In this document: piece after piece, positions 1 to 10,099 of the stretch
How the letters are laid out: every line of letters begins with the position of its first letter
Numbering within the stretch: the first letter of the stretch is position 1
NCBI GenBank assembly: GCA_040218735.1
Contig: JAVJQW010000046.1
Span: 346,361 to 410,360 of the forward strand
DNA: 64,000 bases
Direction of reading: 5' to 3'
Source: Deltaproteobacteria bacterium
GTDB taxonomy: Bacteria > Myxococcota > Kuafuiibacteriia > Kuafuiibacteriales > Kuafuiibacteriaceae
Program-made: the position numbers and the translations under genes
Notes under the pieces: generated by a model
Databases searched by the model: none
Seen by the model: the letters and a program-made list of their open reading frames with translations, nothing else
Told to the model about the DNA's origin: nothing

Positions 1-465
1 GATCGGCGCGTCGTAGTTGAAGACACTGGTGGGGAGGTAGAGCCAGAGCAGCAGGTGGTGCAGCGCCACGGTGACCGCCGCGGTGACGATGACCATGGGG
101 TTGCCGAACATCGCCAGCATGGCGAGGAGCGCGAAGAAGTAGAAGTGCATTTCGATCTGCACGGGGCCCTGACCGAAGTGGACGAGGAGTCCGCCCATGA
201 GCATCGCGGTGACGCCGTAGGACACGGAGACCAGACGCGGGCTCTTGAAGGTCTTGTAGGCCAGGACCGGTCCGACGAGGACGAAGGAGGTCAGGGCGAC
301 CGCCGACAGCGGACCCGTGTCGTTGAAGAACGCCACGAGTACGAACACCGGCAGGTGCGCGACGAAGAACCACAAACCGATTCGGTTCATGCGTGCGAGG
401 TACTGGCGCTCGAAGTCGGTGACCTCACTGGGGAGGCGTACGTAGGCGGCGATTCGGGACCACAT
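1..465 (-). CDS. Membrane sensor protein, N-terminal part (histidine kinase or chemoreceptor with multi-TM EMHF...HH domain); runs off window edge
   Basis: Hand translation from ATG 465: MWSRIAAYVRLPSEVTDFERQYLARMNRIGLWFFVAHLPVF...GLLVHFGQGPVQIEMHFYFFALLAMLAMFGNPMVIVTAAVTVALHHLLLWLYLPTSVFNY. Several hydrophobic helices. Absent from the ORF track because no stop lies in the window. Confidence 0.7.
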   Translation of the reverse strand, partial: MWSRIAAYVRLPSEVTDFERQYLARMNRIGLWFFVAHLPVFVLVAFFNDTGPLSAVALTSFVLVGPVLAYKTFKSPRLVSVSYGVTAMLMGGLLVHFGQGPVQIEMHFYFFALLAMLAMFGNPMVIVTAAVTVALHHLLLWLYLPTSVFNYDAPI

Positions 466-485
466 TGCCTGCTATGTTCGGTAGA

Positions 486-1088
486 TCAGTATTTGAGCTT
501 GAGCGGATCGAGGATGCTCTGGAGCTCAAAGCTCACCGCGCATCCAAATAGAGGCAGCTCGATGGTGCGCGCTGCCTCATCGCGGAGCGTTCGAAGTGTT
601 GCGATGTCTCGAATGTCGGCACCCTGCTTTCGCTCGGTGTACCCACCGGCGTAGCGAATGCGGTCCGAGGGATCGAGCACGACCATCATCGGGGCGGCCT
701 CGATGCGGTAGTCGGCGGCGAGCGCCTCTGGCGTGACCACCACGACGGCGAACCCGGCTGCGCGCGCCCGCGCCTCGAGCGCATCGTCTTCCTCGACGAG
801 CAACACGACCTCTTCGAGATCGTCGGGGCGCTCCGAAGAGAAGAGGTGGTCCAGCACACGCACCGAGCAGGGGCAGCTCGAGTAGAGGACGTGGACCGCG
901 AACCAACCGCGGTCGCGCCCGGCGGGGCGAAGCGCCTCGAGCGCCGAGCCGAGCTGCGCGTCGTCCGCGGCGGGTTTCGGCAGCGTGTACCAGTGCCCGA
1001 CCATCAGCGTGCCGGCGCCGATCGTCGACACACCGAGCCAGGCGGCGAACGTCAGTCGGACAATCCAGGACGGCATCGGCCGATCCAT
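486..1088 (-). CDS. RedB-like membrane-anchored thioredoxin-fold protein
   Basis: N-terminal TM helix, HVLYSSCPCS motif, RYAGG and C-terminal LFGC; sits directly upstream of the sensor gene. Start uncertain. Confidence 0.6.
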   Translation of the reverse strand: MDRPMPSWIVRLTFAAWLGVSTIGAGTLMVGHWYTLPKPAADDAQLGSALEALRPAGRDRGWFAVHVLYSSCPCSVRVLDHLFSSERPDDLEEVVLLVEEDDALEARARAAGFAVVVVTPEALAADYRIEAAPMMVVLDPSDRIRYAGGYTERKQGADIRDIATLRTLRDEAARTIELPLFGCAVSFELQSILDPLKLKY

Positions 1089-1164
1089 CGGCCGCACCCG
1101 CGTGGGTGATGAGATTGTGTCGAATTACGAGGCACGCGAGGGCGCGTCGCCCGCGGTTCACCGA

Positions 1165-3258
1165 TCAGAGCGCAGCTTCGGCGTGATCGACCCAGGACTT
1201 GAGCGTCGCGACGCGTTTGTCTTCGGGCGACAGCGTCTCGGCGCGACCGACGATCGCTTTGAGCACGGGGACCTTCCCGCCGGCCTGGTAGCCCGGGTTG
1301 TAGTAGATCGCGCGCGCGAGACCGATCAGGTAGACGTGCTCCTCGGAGCACAGCGCGACCGCGTCTCGGAACGCCTCTTCCGCCGACGCGAAGTTGCCCT
1401 GGCCGAGCAACGTGACGCCGCGCTGGAAGTGCTCGCGGGACAGGGTGCGCTCCGGCGTCTCCAACGCGGAGCCGTCCGGACCGCGGGGCAGGGGCTTCGC
1501 GTAGACGAGCGGGCGCGGGATCATCCCTTCGCCGTTCGTCGGCGCGGGCATCGGCGGGATCTCTTCGCCGTTCGCGGGCGCCGCCGGTACCGGCGCGCTG
1601 CTGCTCGGTGCGGGCTTGGGCGCAAACGTCGGGGACGGCGTGCTCGGAGGCGGCGGAGGTGGCGTGGTGCCACCCCCCACGGACGCGATACCGCTGCCGC
1701 CGATCGCCGACGGCACCGACGAGTTGAAGACACCCGCGCCACCCTGCGTGAACGCGGGAGGCTGCTCGGTCGTCGGCTCCGCGGGCGGCGGAGGCGGCGG
1801 CTGGGTCATGCCGGGCGACGACGTCGAGGCGGCCGGGATCTGCGAGGCGCGCGCTTCCAGCTCGCGGGCGCGCTCGCGCTCCTCGCGGATGCGGGACTCG
1901 AACTCGTTCACGCCCGGCGTGAACTCCTCGACCTCCTCACACGTGGTGAGGATCGCGAGCAGCTTCTTCGCTTCCACGAGCGCGATGCCCGTGATGTCTG
2001 CGGCGTCGGCCACGTTGTACGCGCGACCGCCGAACGCGAGGAACGCGGGCTCGGTCTCGCGGAGCGGGAAGGTGTTCTGCACCTCGTCGATCGACTTGCG
2101 CAGCTTGAAGTAGCGCGCGTCGATGTCGCCGAGGATCTGTTCGAGCACCGGCTCGTCGGCGTGTTGACGAAGGCCCTCGGCGAGGACGTGCGCGACGTCC
2201 AAACGGTACGGCCGCTCGTCGGTCGGGATGGGGCGCTTGCTGTCGAACTCGAAGGCGCCCTGCCGCGCCTCGAAGCAGCCCGCGATCTGATCGCGTGCGT
2301 TCGTCCCCAGCTCGTTGCCAAGCTCCGCCGAGGTGAAGAAGCCGAGATCGATCAGCGCTTGGCCGAGACGAATGCCGCGTTCGATCGCGCGCTTCGCGCC
2401 GTCCGCGTACTGGGCTTCGGTGATGCGGCCACGCGCCACGAGGGCGCGGCCGAGTTGGTCTCCGGGGATGCTCGACTCGACGTGGACCGGCTGGCCCGAC
2501 TCGAAGTGGATGGTGAGCGTCTCGTGATCGCGCGCGACGATCAGGGCACCGGTCGTTTGCTTCGACCAGCACTGGAACAGCACCTTGGCGAACCGCGCCG
2601 GTTCGAGGAGGCCCCCGAGCACCGGTGGCTCGTTCTTCGGTTGCGGTCGCCGCGAGGGTGGGCTCGCCACTTCGGAGATTTCGTCGATATCGAACGCGTC
2701 GCTGAGTTGGTCGTTCAACTGATCGCTCTCGAGCTGGTCCAAACGGCCAGCGATTTCGTCGAGGCCCGTGACGTCGCTGTACTTCAGCACGTCCTCACCG
2801 TCCGTGTCATCGACCAGGTTACCGTGGTCGGTGGCGCGGAAGTCGTGGGCGGTCGTCTTTTGAGGTGGATTGACGGCGATGTGCGTGAGGTCCTCGTCGT
2901 CCGATGCGAAGTCGTCGTCCTCGATGGAGAGGATGTCCGACGCGATCCGGTAGATCGCCTGGGTGTCGATCGGATCCGGGATGAGGTGAATGAAATCGGC
3001 CGTCACGGTCTGCTGACCGCCGAGTACGATGGTCGGCGGGACCTGGAGCCCGGCGTCGAAGCCGGCCAGCATCTCGATGGCGTCCTCTCCGTTCACGCTG
3101 CGGGAGAGGATGAGGAGCGAGACGTCCTGCTCGCCGAGTCGCTCTTGGAGGCGACCGGCTTTGCTGAGGATCTCCACGTCGCACTCGTCCCGCGCCAAGA
3201 GGAATCGCACCTTCTTGGCCAAGACGGAGTCTTGAGCGCAGACGAGGATGTGCTGCAT
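1165..3258 (-). CDS. Multidomain signalling protein: pseudo-receiver, acidic linker, DUF4388-like domain, Pro-rich linker, C-terminal TPR
   Basis: Receiver-like N-terminus without acidic pocket; TGALIV...IHFESGQPVHVES...LGRALVARGRIT DUF4388-type segment; poly-Pro; HFQRGVTLLGQGNFASAEEAFRDAV TPR. Confidence 0.65.
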   Translation of the reverse strand: MQHILVCAQDSVLAKKVRFLLARDECDVEILSKAGRLQERLGEQDVSLLILSRSVNGEDAIEMLAGFDAGLQVPPTIVLGGQQTVTADFIHLIPDPIDTQAIYRIASDILSIEDDDFASDDEDLTHIAVNPPQKTTAHDFRATDHGNLVDDTDGEDVLKYSDVTGLDEIAGRLDQLESDQLNDQLSDAFDIDEISEVASPPSRRPQPKNEPPVLGGLLEPARFAKVLFQCWSKQTTGALIVARDHETLTIHFESGQPVHVESSIPGDQLGRALVARGRITEAQYADGAKRAIERGIRLGQALIDLGFFTSAELGNELGTNARDQIAGCFEARQGAFEFDSKRPIPTDERPYRLDVAHVLAEGLRQHADEPVLEQILGDIDARYFKLRKSIDEVQNTFPLRETEPAFLAFGGRAYNVADAADITGIALVEAKKLLAILTTCEEVEEFTPGVNEFESRIREERERARELEARASQIPAASTSSPGMTQPPPPPPAEPTTEQPPAFTQGGAGVFNSSVPSAIGGSGIASVGGGTTPPPPPPSTPSPTFAPKPAPSSSAPVPAAPANGEEIPPMPAPTNGEGMIPRPLVYAKPLPRGPDGSALETPERTLSREHFQRGVTLLGQGNFASAEEAFRDAVALCSEEHVYLIGLARAIYYNPGYQAGGKVPVLKAIVGRAETLSPEDKRVATLKSWVDHAEAAL

Positions 3259-3407
3259 GCCGATCCAATGACCGGGCAAGCCCGATCCGGCCGTACGCTA
3301 TCGACAAAGGCGAGCACGCTTCAAGTTTTGGGACCTTGAAAACGGCGGGCGGGTGCGTTTTTCCACCACACGTTGACCCGCTCCGAGCCCGGGGCTACCC
3401 GGCGGTC

Positions 3408-4181
3408 ATGAGCACGTCGAGAGGGGCCGCCGTCGTGACGGGCGCAGGCCGTGGGATCGGGCGATCGATCGCCCTGAAGCTGGCCGAGGCCGGATACCCG
3501 GTCGCGGTACAGTCGCGGACCGCGTCGGATCTGGAAGACGTGGTGTCCGCGATCGAATCGACCGGCGGTCAGGCCATCGCCGTGGCCGGCGACGTCACCC
3601 AGCAGGAGGCCGCCGAGGCCCTGCTCGCGGGCGCCGAGGCGGCGTTCGGGCGCGTGGAGGTCGCGGTGCCGTGCGCGGGGCAGGCGTTCTCCGCGCCGCT
3701 CGCGAAGACGGACGCGGACGGGTTTCGACGCCTCTTCGAGGTGAACACGATGAGTGTCTTCTTCCTCGTGCAGCGCGCGGCGCAGGCGATGAAGGCCGAG
3801 GGCGGGCGGATCGTCGTCGTCGCGTCGACGGCGGCGGTGGCCGGGATGGCCTACACCAGCGCGTACTCGGCGACGAAACACGCCGTGCTCGGGTTGGTGC
3901 GGTCCGCGGCGTTGGAGCTCGCGCGGCACCGCATCACGGTCAACGCGCTGTGCCCGGGGTGGGTCGACACCGAGATGTTCGAGAAGACGTTGGCGAACAT
4001 CGCGGAGAAGACCGGCTGCACGATCGCCGAGGCGCGCGCGACGTTGGAGGGCCGGATTCCGATCGGGAGCGCATTGACCCCCGATGAAGTGGCGGCGATG
4101 GCTGTTCACCTCGCGTCGGAGGCTTCGGCGCGGCTGACGGGCCAGGCGATCGTCCTGGACGGAGGGGAGACCATCGCATGA
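3408..4181 (+). CDS. SDR family NAD(P)-dependent oxidoreductase
   Basis: TGAGRGIG Rossmann motif, YSATK catalytic motif, NALCPGWVDT. Confidence 0.9.
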   Translation: MSTSRGAAVVTGAGRGIGRSIALKLAEAGYPVAVQSRTASDLEDVVSAIESTGGQAIAVAGDVTQQEAAEALLAGAEAAFGRVEVAVPCAGQAFSAPLAKTDADGFRRLFEVNTMSVFFLVQRAAQAMKAEGGRIVVVASTAAVAGMAYTSAYSATKHAVLGLVRSAALELARHRITVNALCPGWVDTEMFEKTLANIAEKTGCTIAEARATLEGRIPIGSALTPDEVAAMAVHLASEASARLTGQAIVLDGGETIA

Positions 4182-4591
4182 GTCGTCACGAGATCATCAA
4201 CCCGGAGTCGCTCGGCGCGCCGCGCGGGTACAGCAACGGGATCCTCGCCGCACCGGGGCGGTTGTTGTTCGTGGCCGGGCAGATCGCCTGGGACGGTGAG
4301 CAGAAGCTGGTGTCGGACGACTTCGCGACGCAGTTCGGTCAGGCGCTCGCGAACGTGGTCGCCGTCGTGAAGGCGGCGGGCGGGACGGTCGAGGACCTGT
4401 GCCGGCTGACCGTCTACGTGACCGACAAGCAAGCGTACATCGCGGGGATCAAACAGATCGGCGCGCGGTACCGCGAGCTGATGGGACGGCACTACCCGAC
4501 GATGGCGCTCGTCGAGGTCGCGGACCTCCTCGAAGAGGGCGCGCAGGTGGAGATCGAGGGGACGGCGGTCGTCCCGACGGAGGCGACATGA
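4178..4591 (+). CDS. RidA/YjgF family protein
   Basis: PRGYSNG, LFVAGQI, HYPTMALVEV, VEIEG; 4-bp overlap with the SDR gene. Confidence 0.88.
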   Translation: MSRHEIINPESLGAPRGYSNGILAAPGRLLFVAGQIAWDGEQKLVSDDFATQFGQALANVVAVVKAAGGTVEDLCRLTVYVTDKQAYIAGIKQIGARYRELMGRHYPTMALVEVADLLEEGAQVEIEGTAVVPTEAT

Positions 4592-5391
4592 ACAAGACGA
4601 TCGTAGACGGCCTCGACTTCGAGGTGAGCGAGGGGATCGGCACGTTGACGCTGTCGCGCCCCGACCGGCTCAACAGCCTGACGTTCGAGATGTACCGCGC
4701 GCTCGTGAATTTCTTCGCGGACGTTCAGCACGACGACGACGTGAAGGTCCTCATCGTGACGGGGACCGGGCGTGGGTTCTGCTCGGGCGGCGACGTGCAC
4801 GACATCATCGGCAAGCTCGTCTCGTACGGGCCGAAGGACATGCTCGGCTTCGCGCGTATGACCGGCGACGTCATCCGGAACATGCGTCGGCTGAAGAAGC
4901 CGATCGTCGCGGCGATCAACGGGACCGCGGCGGGAGCGGGTGCGGTGATCGCGCTGGCTTCGGACATCCGGATCGGATCGGACCAGTCGAAGATCGCGTT
5001 TCTGTTCTCGAAGGTCGGCCTCACCGGCGCCGACATGGGCGCGGCGTATCTGCTGCCACGGGTGATCGGTATGGGGCGCGCTTCGGAGCTGTTGTTCCTC
5101 GGTGACTCCGTGCCGGCGGCGAAGGCGAATGAGATCGGGTTGTTCAACGACGTCGTGCCGCACGACGAGCTGATGACCAAGGCTCGGGAAGTGGCGGGGC
5201 GGCTGGCGGCGGGGCCGACGTTCTCGCACGGGATCACGAAGGACCTCATCAACAACGGGATGTCGATGGATCTGGACTCGGCGCTCGACGCGGAGGCGCG
5301 CGCGCAGACGATCTGCATGCTCGCGGACGACTTCAAGGAGTTCCACGCTTCGTTCGTCGACAAGCGCAAGCCCGAGTTCAAGGGGAGCTGA
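4588..5391 (+). CDS. Enoyl-CoA hydratase/isomerase family protein
   Basis: FCSGGDV, KPIVAAINGTAAGAG, KRKPEFKG; ATG 4588 overlaps the RidA stop. Confidence 0.9.
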   Translation: MNKTIVDGLDFEVSEGIGTLTLSRPDRLNSLTFEMYRALVNFFADVQHDDDVKVLIVTGTGRGFCSGGDVHDIIGKLVSYGPKDMLGFARMTGDVIRNMRRLKKPIVAAINGTAAGAGAVIALASDIRIGSDQSKIAFLFSKVGLTGADMGAAYLLPRVIGMGRASELLFLGDSVPAAKANEIGLFNDVVPHDELMTKAREVAGRLAAGPTFSHGITKDLINNGMSMDLDSALDAEARAQTICMLADDFKEFHASFVDKRKPEFKGS

Positions 5392-5395
5392 GACC

Positions 5396-6520
5396 ATGGA
5401 GAAGCGAGCGATCGCGGAGGCGGCGCGCATCGATTTGGACGCGCGCTTGGTGGAGCTCGAAGCGAAGGCACGCGCCGTGGTGGACGAAGCGATCCGCCCG
5501 CGCGAGGAGGACGAGTCCGACGACGCCGCGTTCGCGATGACGAAGGCGTTGGGCGACGCGGGGCTGTTGGCGTCGTGCACGGCGCTCGACGTGCCGGCGA
5601 TCTGCGTGCTGCGCGAGGTGGTCGCGTCGTCGAGCGGGCTCGCCGACTCGATGTTGGCGCTGCAGGGGCTCGGCTACGGGCCGTTGGCGCTCGCGGGGAG
5701 CGACGCGCTGAAGTCGAAGTGGCGCGCGAAGGTCGAGGCGGGCACCGCGATCGCGGCGATCGGCATCACCGAGCCCGAGGCCGGGAGCGACGTCGCGAAC
5801 CTGTCGACGACGGCGCGTCGTGACGGCGACGCGTGGGTGCTGAACGGGAAGAAGTGTTTCATCACCAACGCGGGGATCGCGGACTTCTACTCGGTGCTCG
5901 CACGCACCGGGGGTGAGGGGGCAGGTGGACTGTCGATGATCCTCGTGCCGAAGGAAGCCGTGACGTCGACGCTCCGGTACGACCTGGTCGCGCCGCACCC
6001 CTGCGGGGAGGTGGTGTTCGAGGACTCGCGCGTGCCGATCGATCACCTGATCGGTGAGGAGGGGCAGGGCTTCAAGGTCGCGATGCGGACGCTCGATCAC
6101 TTCCGCACCACGGTCGGCGCGGCGGCGGTCGGCATGGCGCAGCGCGCGCTGGACGACGCGGTGGAGCGCTCGAAGACCCGGCAGCAGTTCGGCAAACCGA
6201 TCAACCGCTTCCAGCAGATCGCGGCGATGCTCGCGGACTCGTTCGTCGAGCTGCACGCGTCGCGACTCATGGTCTACCGCGCGGCGACCGCGCACGCCGC
6301 GGGCGACGCGCTGGCCGGCGCCTATTCGTCCGCGGCGAAGATGCACGCGACGGAGGCGGCGCAGCGGATCATCGATCGCGCCGTGCAGATCCACGGCGGC
6401 CAGGGCGTCCGAAAGGGCACCGCGGTGGAGCGCCTGTACCGGGACATCCGGGCGCTGCGGATCTACGAGGGGACGACGGAGATCCAGAGGGTGGTGCTGT
6501 CGAGGGCGCTGACTAGGTGA
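5396..6520 (+). CDS. Acyl-CoA dehydrogenase
   Basis: [43 protein letters not shown]. Confidence 0.92.
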   Translation: MEKRAIAEAARIDLDARLVELEAKARAVVDEAIRPREEDESDDAAFAMTKALGDAGLLASCTALDVPAICVLREVVASSSGLADSMLALQGLGYGPLALAGSDALKSKWRAKVEAGTAIAAIGITEPEAGSDVANLSTTARRDGDAWVLNGKKCFITNAGIADFYSVLARTGGEGAGGLSMILVPKEAVTSTLRYDLVAPHPCGEVVFEDSRVPIDHLIGEEGQGFKVAMRTLDHFRTTVGAAAVGMAQRALDDAVERSKTRQQFGKPINRFQQIAAMLADSFVELHASRLMVYRAATAHAAGDALAGAYSSAAKMHATEAAQRIIDRAVQIHGGQGVRKGTAVERLYRDIRALRIYEGTTEIQRVVLSRALTR

Positions 6521-7069
6521 AGGGCGGGAGATCGCCGAGGTTGGCGTCCGACGCATGAGCGAGCACGGCGGCGCGCTCCTCCGGTGACAGATCGAAAGGC
6601 CGGAGGTCCGCGTCCAGCAACGTCCACGTTCCGATGACGTCGCGAGCAGAGGTCAGTCCGATCACGTAGTCGAGGCCTTCGTGCTCGACGATGAGCGGCG
6701 GCGAGAGTCGCTGCCGGCGTACGACCGTCTCCGATTTCGGCAGCGTGAATGCGACCTCGTAGATTCCACGTCTACGTTCCATCGATCGAAGCTCGCACGG
6801 GACCTCGAGGCCGTCCTCGGCGAACATCCGTAGCGCGCGACGCCGCTGGAGCTCTTGGCGCACGAAAACGCCTGCCTGGTAGAGCATGAACACGAGGAAG
6901 CCCGCGAGGAACAGGTAGGTGGACCACCGTGCGAAGAAGTCGGCCTCGACCTCGTAGCTGATCGCTGCTCGCGACGGTTGTTTCGGGTCGACACGTTGTT
7001 CCGCCCGCCGCGGCTCAGCTCGGACGGATCGATGCGCAGTGGGCGCGGGGGCAGGAAGAGCGCGCTCAT
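6513..7069 (-). pseudogene. Probable frameshifted or internally deleted membrane protein gene
   Basis: GC3-rich codons from ATG 7069 (MSALFLPPRPLRIDP...) switch frame near 6990 into VDPKQPSRAAISYEVEADFFARWSTYLFLAGFLVFMLY (TM), ending at 6513. Confidence 0.35.
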
Positions 7070-7165
7070 TCCGCCAATCTGGGGCACGTCGGTACACGAC
7101 CGCAACTGTCCCTCCGACCGGACGATTCACTTCCCAAGCCCCCACCGCTTCGCTAGCGTGCTCCC

Positions 7166-8506
7166 GTGTTCGACAATCTCGAGGACAAGTTTGCCCAGGT
7201 CATCAAGAAGGTCCGCGGTCACGGGACCCTGACCGAGGCGAACCTCAAGGACATCCTCCGCGACGTGCGGCTCTCGCTCCTTGAGGCGGACGTGCACTTC
7301 ACGGTCGTGAAGGGCTTCATCAAGGACGTCAAGGAGCGCTCCCTCGGGCAGGAGGTCTCCGCTTCGCTGTCGCCGGGGCAGGAGTTCGTGCGCATCGTGA
7401 GCGAGGAGCTCACGAAGGTCATGGGCGGCACCGCCGTGCAGCTCGACCTCAAGGCGAAGCCGCCGATCGTCATCCTGCTCATGGGCCTGCAGGGCTCCGG
7501 TAAGACGACCACCTCCGGCAAGCTCGCGCTCAAGCTCAAGGCCGAGGGCAAGAACCCGCTCCTCGTCCCCGCCGACCTCCAACGCCCCGCCGCGATCTCG
7601 CAGCTCAAGACCGTCGCCGGGCAGGTGAAGGTTGACTGCTTCGACACGAAGGTCGGCTCCAAGATCGAAGACGTCGTGAAGGGCGCGCTCGAGCAGGCGG
7701 ACCGTCAGGGGCAGGACGTCGTCATCGTCGACACCGCCGGTCGCCTCGCGATCGACTTCGAGCTCATGGACGAGCTGCGCGAAGTGAAGGAGCTCCTCGA
7801 TCCAAAGCACACGCTGCTCGTCGTCGACTCCATGACCGGTCAGGACGCGGTCAACGTCGCGCAGGAGTTCAAGAACCAGATCGGAATCGACGGCGTCATC
7901 ATGACCAAGCTCGACGGCGACGCCCGCGGCGGCGCCGCGCTCTCCGTGCGGCAGGTGACCGGCGCGCCGATCTACTTCGCGGGTATCGGCGAGAAGATGG
8001 ACGCGCTCGAGGTGTTCCACCCCGACCGCGTCGCGCAGCGCATCCTCGGGATGGGCGACATGATGGGCCTCATCGAGAAGGCCCAGGCGAGCTACGACGA
8101 AAAAGAAGCCAAGAAGATGGCGCGCAAGATGAAGCGCGCCGAGTTCACGCTCGAGGACTTCCGCGACCAGATGAAGATGATCCGCCAGATGGGGGACATG
8201 AAGTCGATCATGGGGATGATCCCCGGCGTGTCGCAGGCGATGAAGAAGCTCGGCAACGCCGGCCCGGATCCGGACAAGGAACTCAAGCGCATCGAGGCGA
8301 TGATCAACTCGATGACACCCAACGAGCGGAACGATCCGAGCATCCTCAACGGCTCGCGCCGCAAGCGCGTCGCGAAGGGGAGCGGGACGAGCGTCGCCGA
8401 GGTGAATTCGTTCCTGAAGCGGTTTAGGGAAGCCAAGAAGATGATGAAGCGCTTGTCCAAGATGGGAGGCATGCGCGGGCTCCAGGGCATGATGCCCCGC
8501 ATGTAG
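7166..8506 (+). CDS. ffh: Signal recognition particle protein Ffh
   Basis: GLQGSGKTT, DTAGR, TKLDGDARGG, Met-rich M domain with SRRKRVAKGSG. Confidence 0.97.
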   Translation: MFDNLEDKFAQVIKKVRGHGTLTEANLKDILRDVRLSLLEADVHFTVVKGFIKDVKERSLGQEVSASLSPGQEFVRIVSEELTKVMGGTAVQLDLKAKPPIVILLMGLQGSGKTTTSGKLALKLKAEGKNPLLVPADLQRPAAISQLKTVAGQVKVDCFDTKVGSKIEDVVKGALEQADRQGQDVVIVDTAGRLAIDFELMDELREVKELLDPKHTLLVVDSMTGQDAVNVAQEFKNQIGIDGVIMTKLDGDARGGAALSVRQVTGAPIYFAGIGEKMDALEVFHPDRVAQRILGMGDMMGLIEKAQASYDEKEAKKMARKMKRAEFTLEDFRDQMKMIRQMGDMKSIMGMIPGVSQAMKKLGNAGPDPDKELKRIEAMINSMTPNERNDPSILNGSRRKRVAKGSGTSVAEVNSFLKRFREAKKMMKRLSKMGGMRGLQGMMPRM

Positions 8507-8514
8507 ATTCACGT

Positions 8515-9486
8515 ATGACGAAACAAGTGCCGCGCGTAGCGGTCGTGATGGGGGGACCGAGTGATGAGCACGACGTCTCCATGCGGAGCGGCGCGCAGGT
8601 CCTCGCCGCTTACGAAGGTGCGCAGGGCGTCGCCGTCGAACGCGACGGGCGCTGGCGCTTCGGTGAAGAGCTGCTGACCGTCGGCGCCGCGCTCGAGCGC
8701 GTGCGCGAGACGGTCGACGCCGTGTTCATCGCTCTGCACGGACCGTTCGGCGAGGACGGCACGGTGCAGGCGCTCTTCGAAGCGATCGGGGTGCCGTACA
8801 CCGGCTCCGGCGTCGCGGCGAGCGCGCTCGCGATGGACAAGGCGCGTAGCAAGTTCGTCTACGACGCGCGCCGCCTGCCCACGCCGGACTACGCCGCGAT
8901 CCTCCGGGGCGGCGACTGGGACGTCGAGGCACTGGAAGACCGGGTCGGCTTGCCGTGCGTCGTCAAACCGTCGGCGAACGGGTCGAGCTTCGGGGTATCG
9001 TTCCCGACGGATCGGGCGTCGCTCGAAGCCGCGGTCGCGGGGCACGTGCGGATGGGGCGCGACGTCGTCGTCGAAGCGCGTGTCATGGGGCGCGAGCTGA
9101 CGTGCGGCGTGCTGGAGATCGACGGCGTCGCGACGGCGATGCCGGTCACCGAGATCATCCCCGACAAGAAGTACGCGTTCTTCGACTACGAGGCGAAGTA
9201 CACACCCGGCGCGACGGCGGAGATCACGCCGGCCGAGATCCCCGACGAGCTCCGCGATCGAGTGCAGTCCCTCGCGCTCGCGTCGCACCACGCGCTCGGG
9301 TGCCGTGACTTCTCGCGCACGGACTTCATGGTCGACCCGCAGCGCGGTCCCCTGATCCTCGAGACGAACACCGTCCCGGGGCTCACGCAGCAGTCGCTGT
9401 TCCCGCAGGCGGCGGCGGCGCACGGGATACCGTTCGAGCGACTGGTGCACATCCTGATCGACAACGCGCTCGGTCGCGTCGCATGA
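8515..9486 (+). CDS. ddl: D-alanine--D-alanine ligase
   Basis: GGPSDEHDVS, LHGPFGEDG, GSSFG, FFDYEAKY omega loop, ETNTVPG. Confidence 0.93.
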   Translation: MTKQVPRVAVVMGGPSDEHDVSMRSGAQVLAAYEGAQGVAVERDGRWRFGEELLTVGAALERVRETVDAVFIALHGPFGEDGTVQALFEAIGVPYTGSGVAASALAMDKARSKFVYDARRLPTPDYAAILRGGDWDVEALEDRVGLPCVVKPSANGSSFGVSFPTDRASLEAAVAGHVRMGRDVVVEARVMGRELTCGVLEIDGVATAMPVTEIIPDKKYAFFDYEAKYTPGATAEITPAEIPDELRDRVQSLALASHHALGCRDFSRTDFMVDPQRGPLILETNTVPGLTQQSLFPQAAAAHGIPFERLVHILIDNALGRVA

Positions 9487-9493
9487 TGCGCGG

Positions 9494-10033
9494 GTGACGG
9501 CCAAGTGCCCGAAGTGTAGAGACGTCGAGTTGGACGAAGCGGACGGTCGCGCGTCGCGCCTGATGAGGTGCGGCCAGTGCGGCGGGACGTGGTTCCCCAA
9601 GGACGAAGCGCGGCTGGAGGCGGTCGCGGGGCTCTTGTCGCAGGACTCCACGATTCGCCCTGCGAGCGAAGCCGACCAGCGCACCGGCCTGTGCCCCGAG
9701 GGGCACGGCATCCTGATCCGCGCGCAGGTCGAAGTGGACGAGCCGTTCCACCTGGAGCGCTGTGCGACCTGTCACGGCATCTGGTTCGACAAGGGGGAGT
9801 GGAACCGTCTCGCCCAGAGCCACCTGCTGCAGCACCTCGAGCGGCTGTGGGACCCGGCGTGGCGTTTTCGCTTCAAGCGAACGGAGGACGAGGACGATCG
9901 GCGCAAGCGCCTCACCGACGCCCTCGGCGAGCCGCTCGTGGAGATGATCGAGACGCTCGGGACGGCGCTGCGGGCCAAGGACGAGACGGTCAAAGGCGAG
10001 GCGATCGCCTACCTCGAAGAACGTTTGCGCTGA
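9494..10033 (+). CDS. Tandem zinc-ribbon (zf-TFIIB-like) protein
   Basis: CPKC...CGQCGGTWF and CPEGH...CATCHGIWFDKGE repeats. Confidence 0.7.
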   Translation: MTAKCPKCRDVELDEADGRASRLMRCGQCGGTWFPKDEARLEAVAGLLSQDSTIRPASEADQRTGLCPEGHGILIRAQVEVDEPFHLERCATCHGIWFDKGEWNRLAQSHLLQHLERLWDPAWRFRFKRTEDEDDRRKRLTDALGEPLVEMIETLGTALRAKDETVKGEAIAYLEERLR

Positions 10034-10099
10034 AACTTCTCGGCGGCTGGACCGTCATACACTCCGGGGAAGAAGTGTGATGCAATCCCCGTTGTAGGT

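Noticed and set aside
3298-3323. sigma28-like TGAA...GTCGATAG on the minus strand
   Set aside because: Spacer is 14 nt and both boxes deviate; too weak.
985-3339. Long plus-strand ORF (784 aa) and many similar long antisense ORFs (e.g. 18895-21600, 24876-26852, 41849-43606)
   Set aside because: Shadow ORFs of real genes in high-GC DNA; Arg-rich with no motifs.
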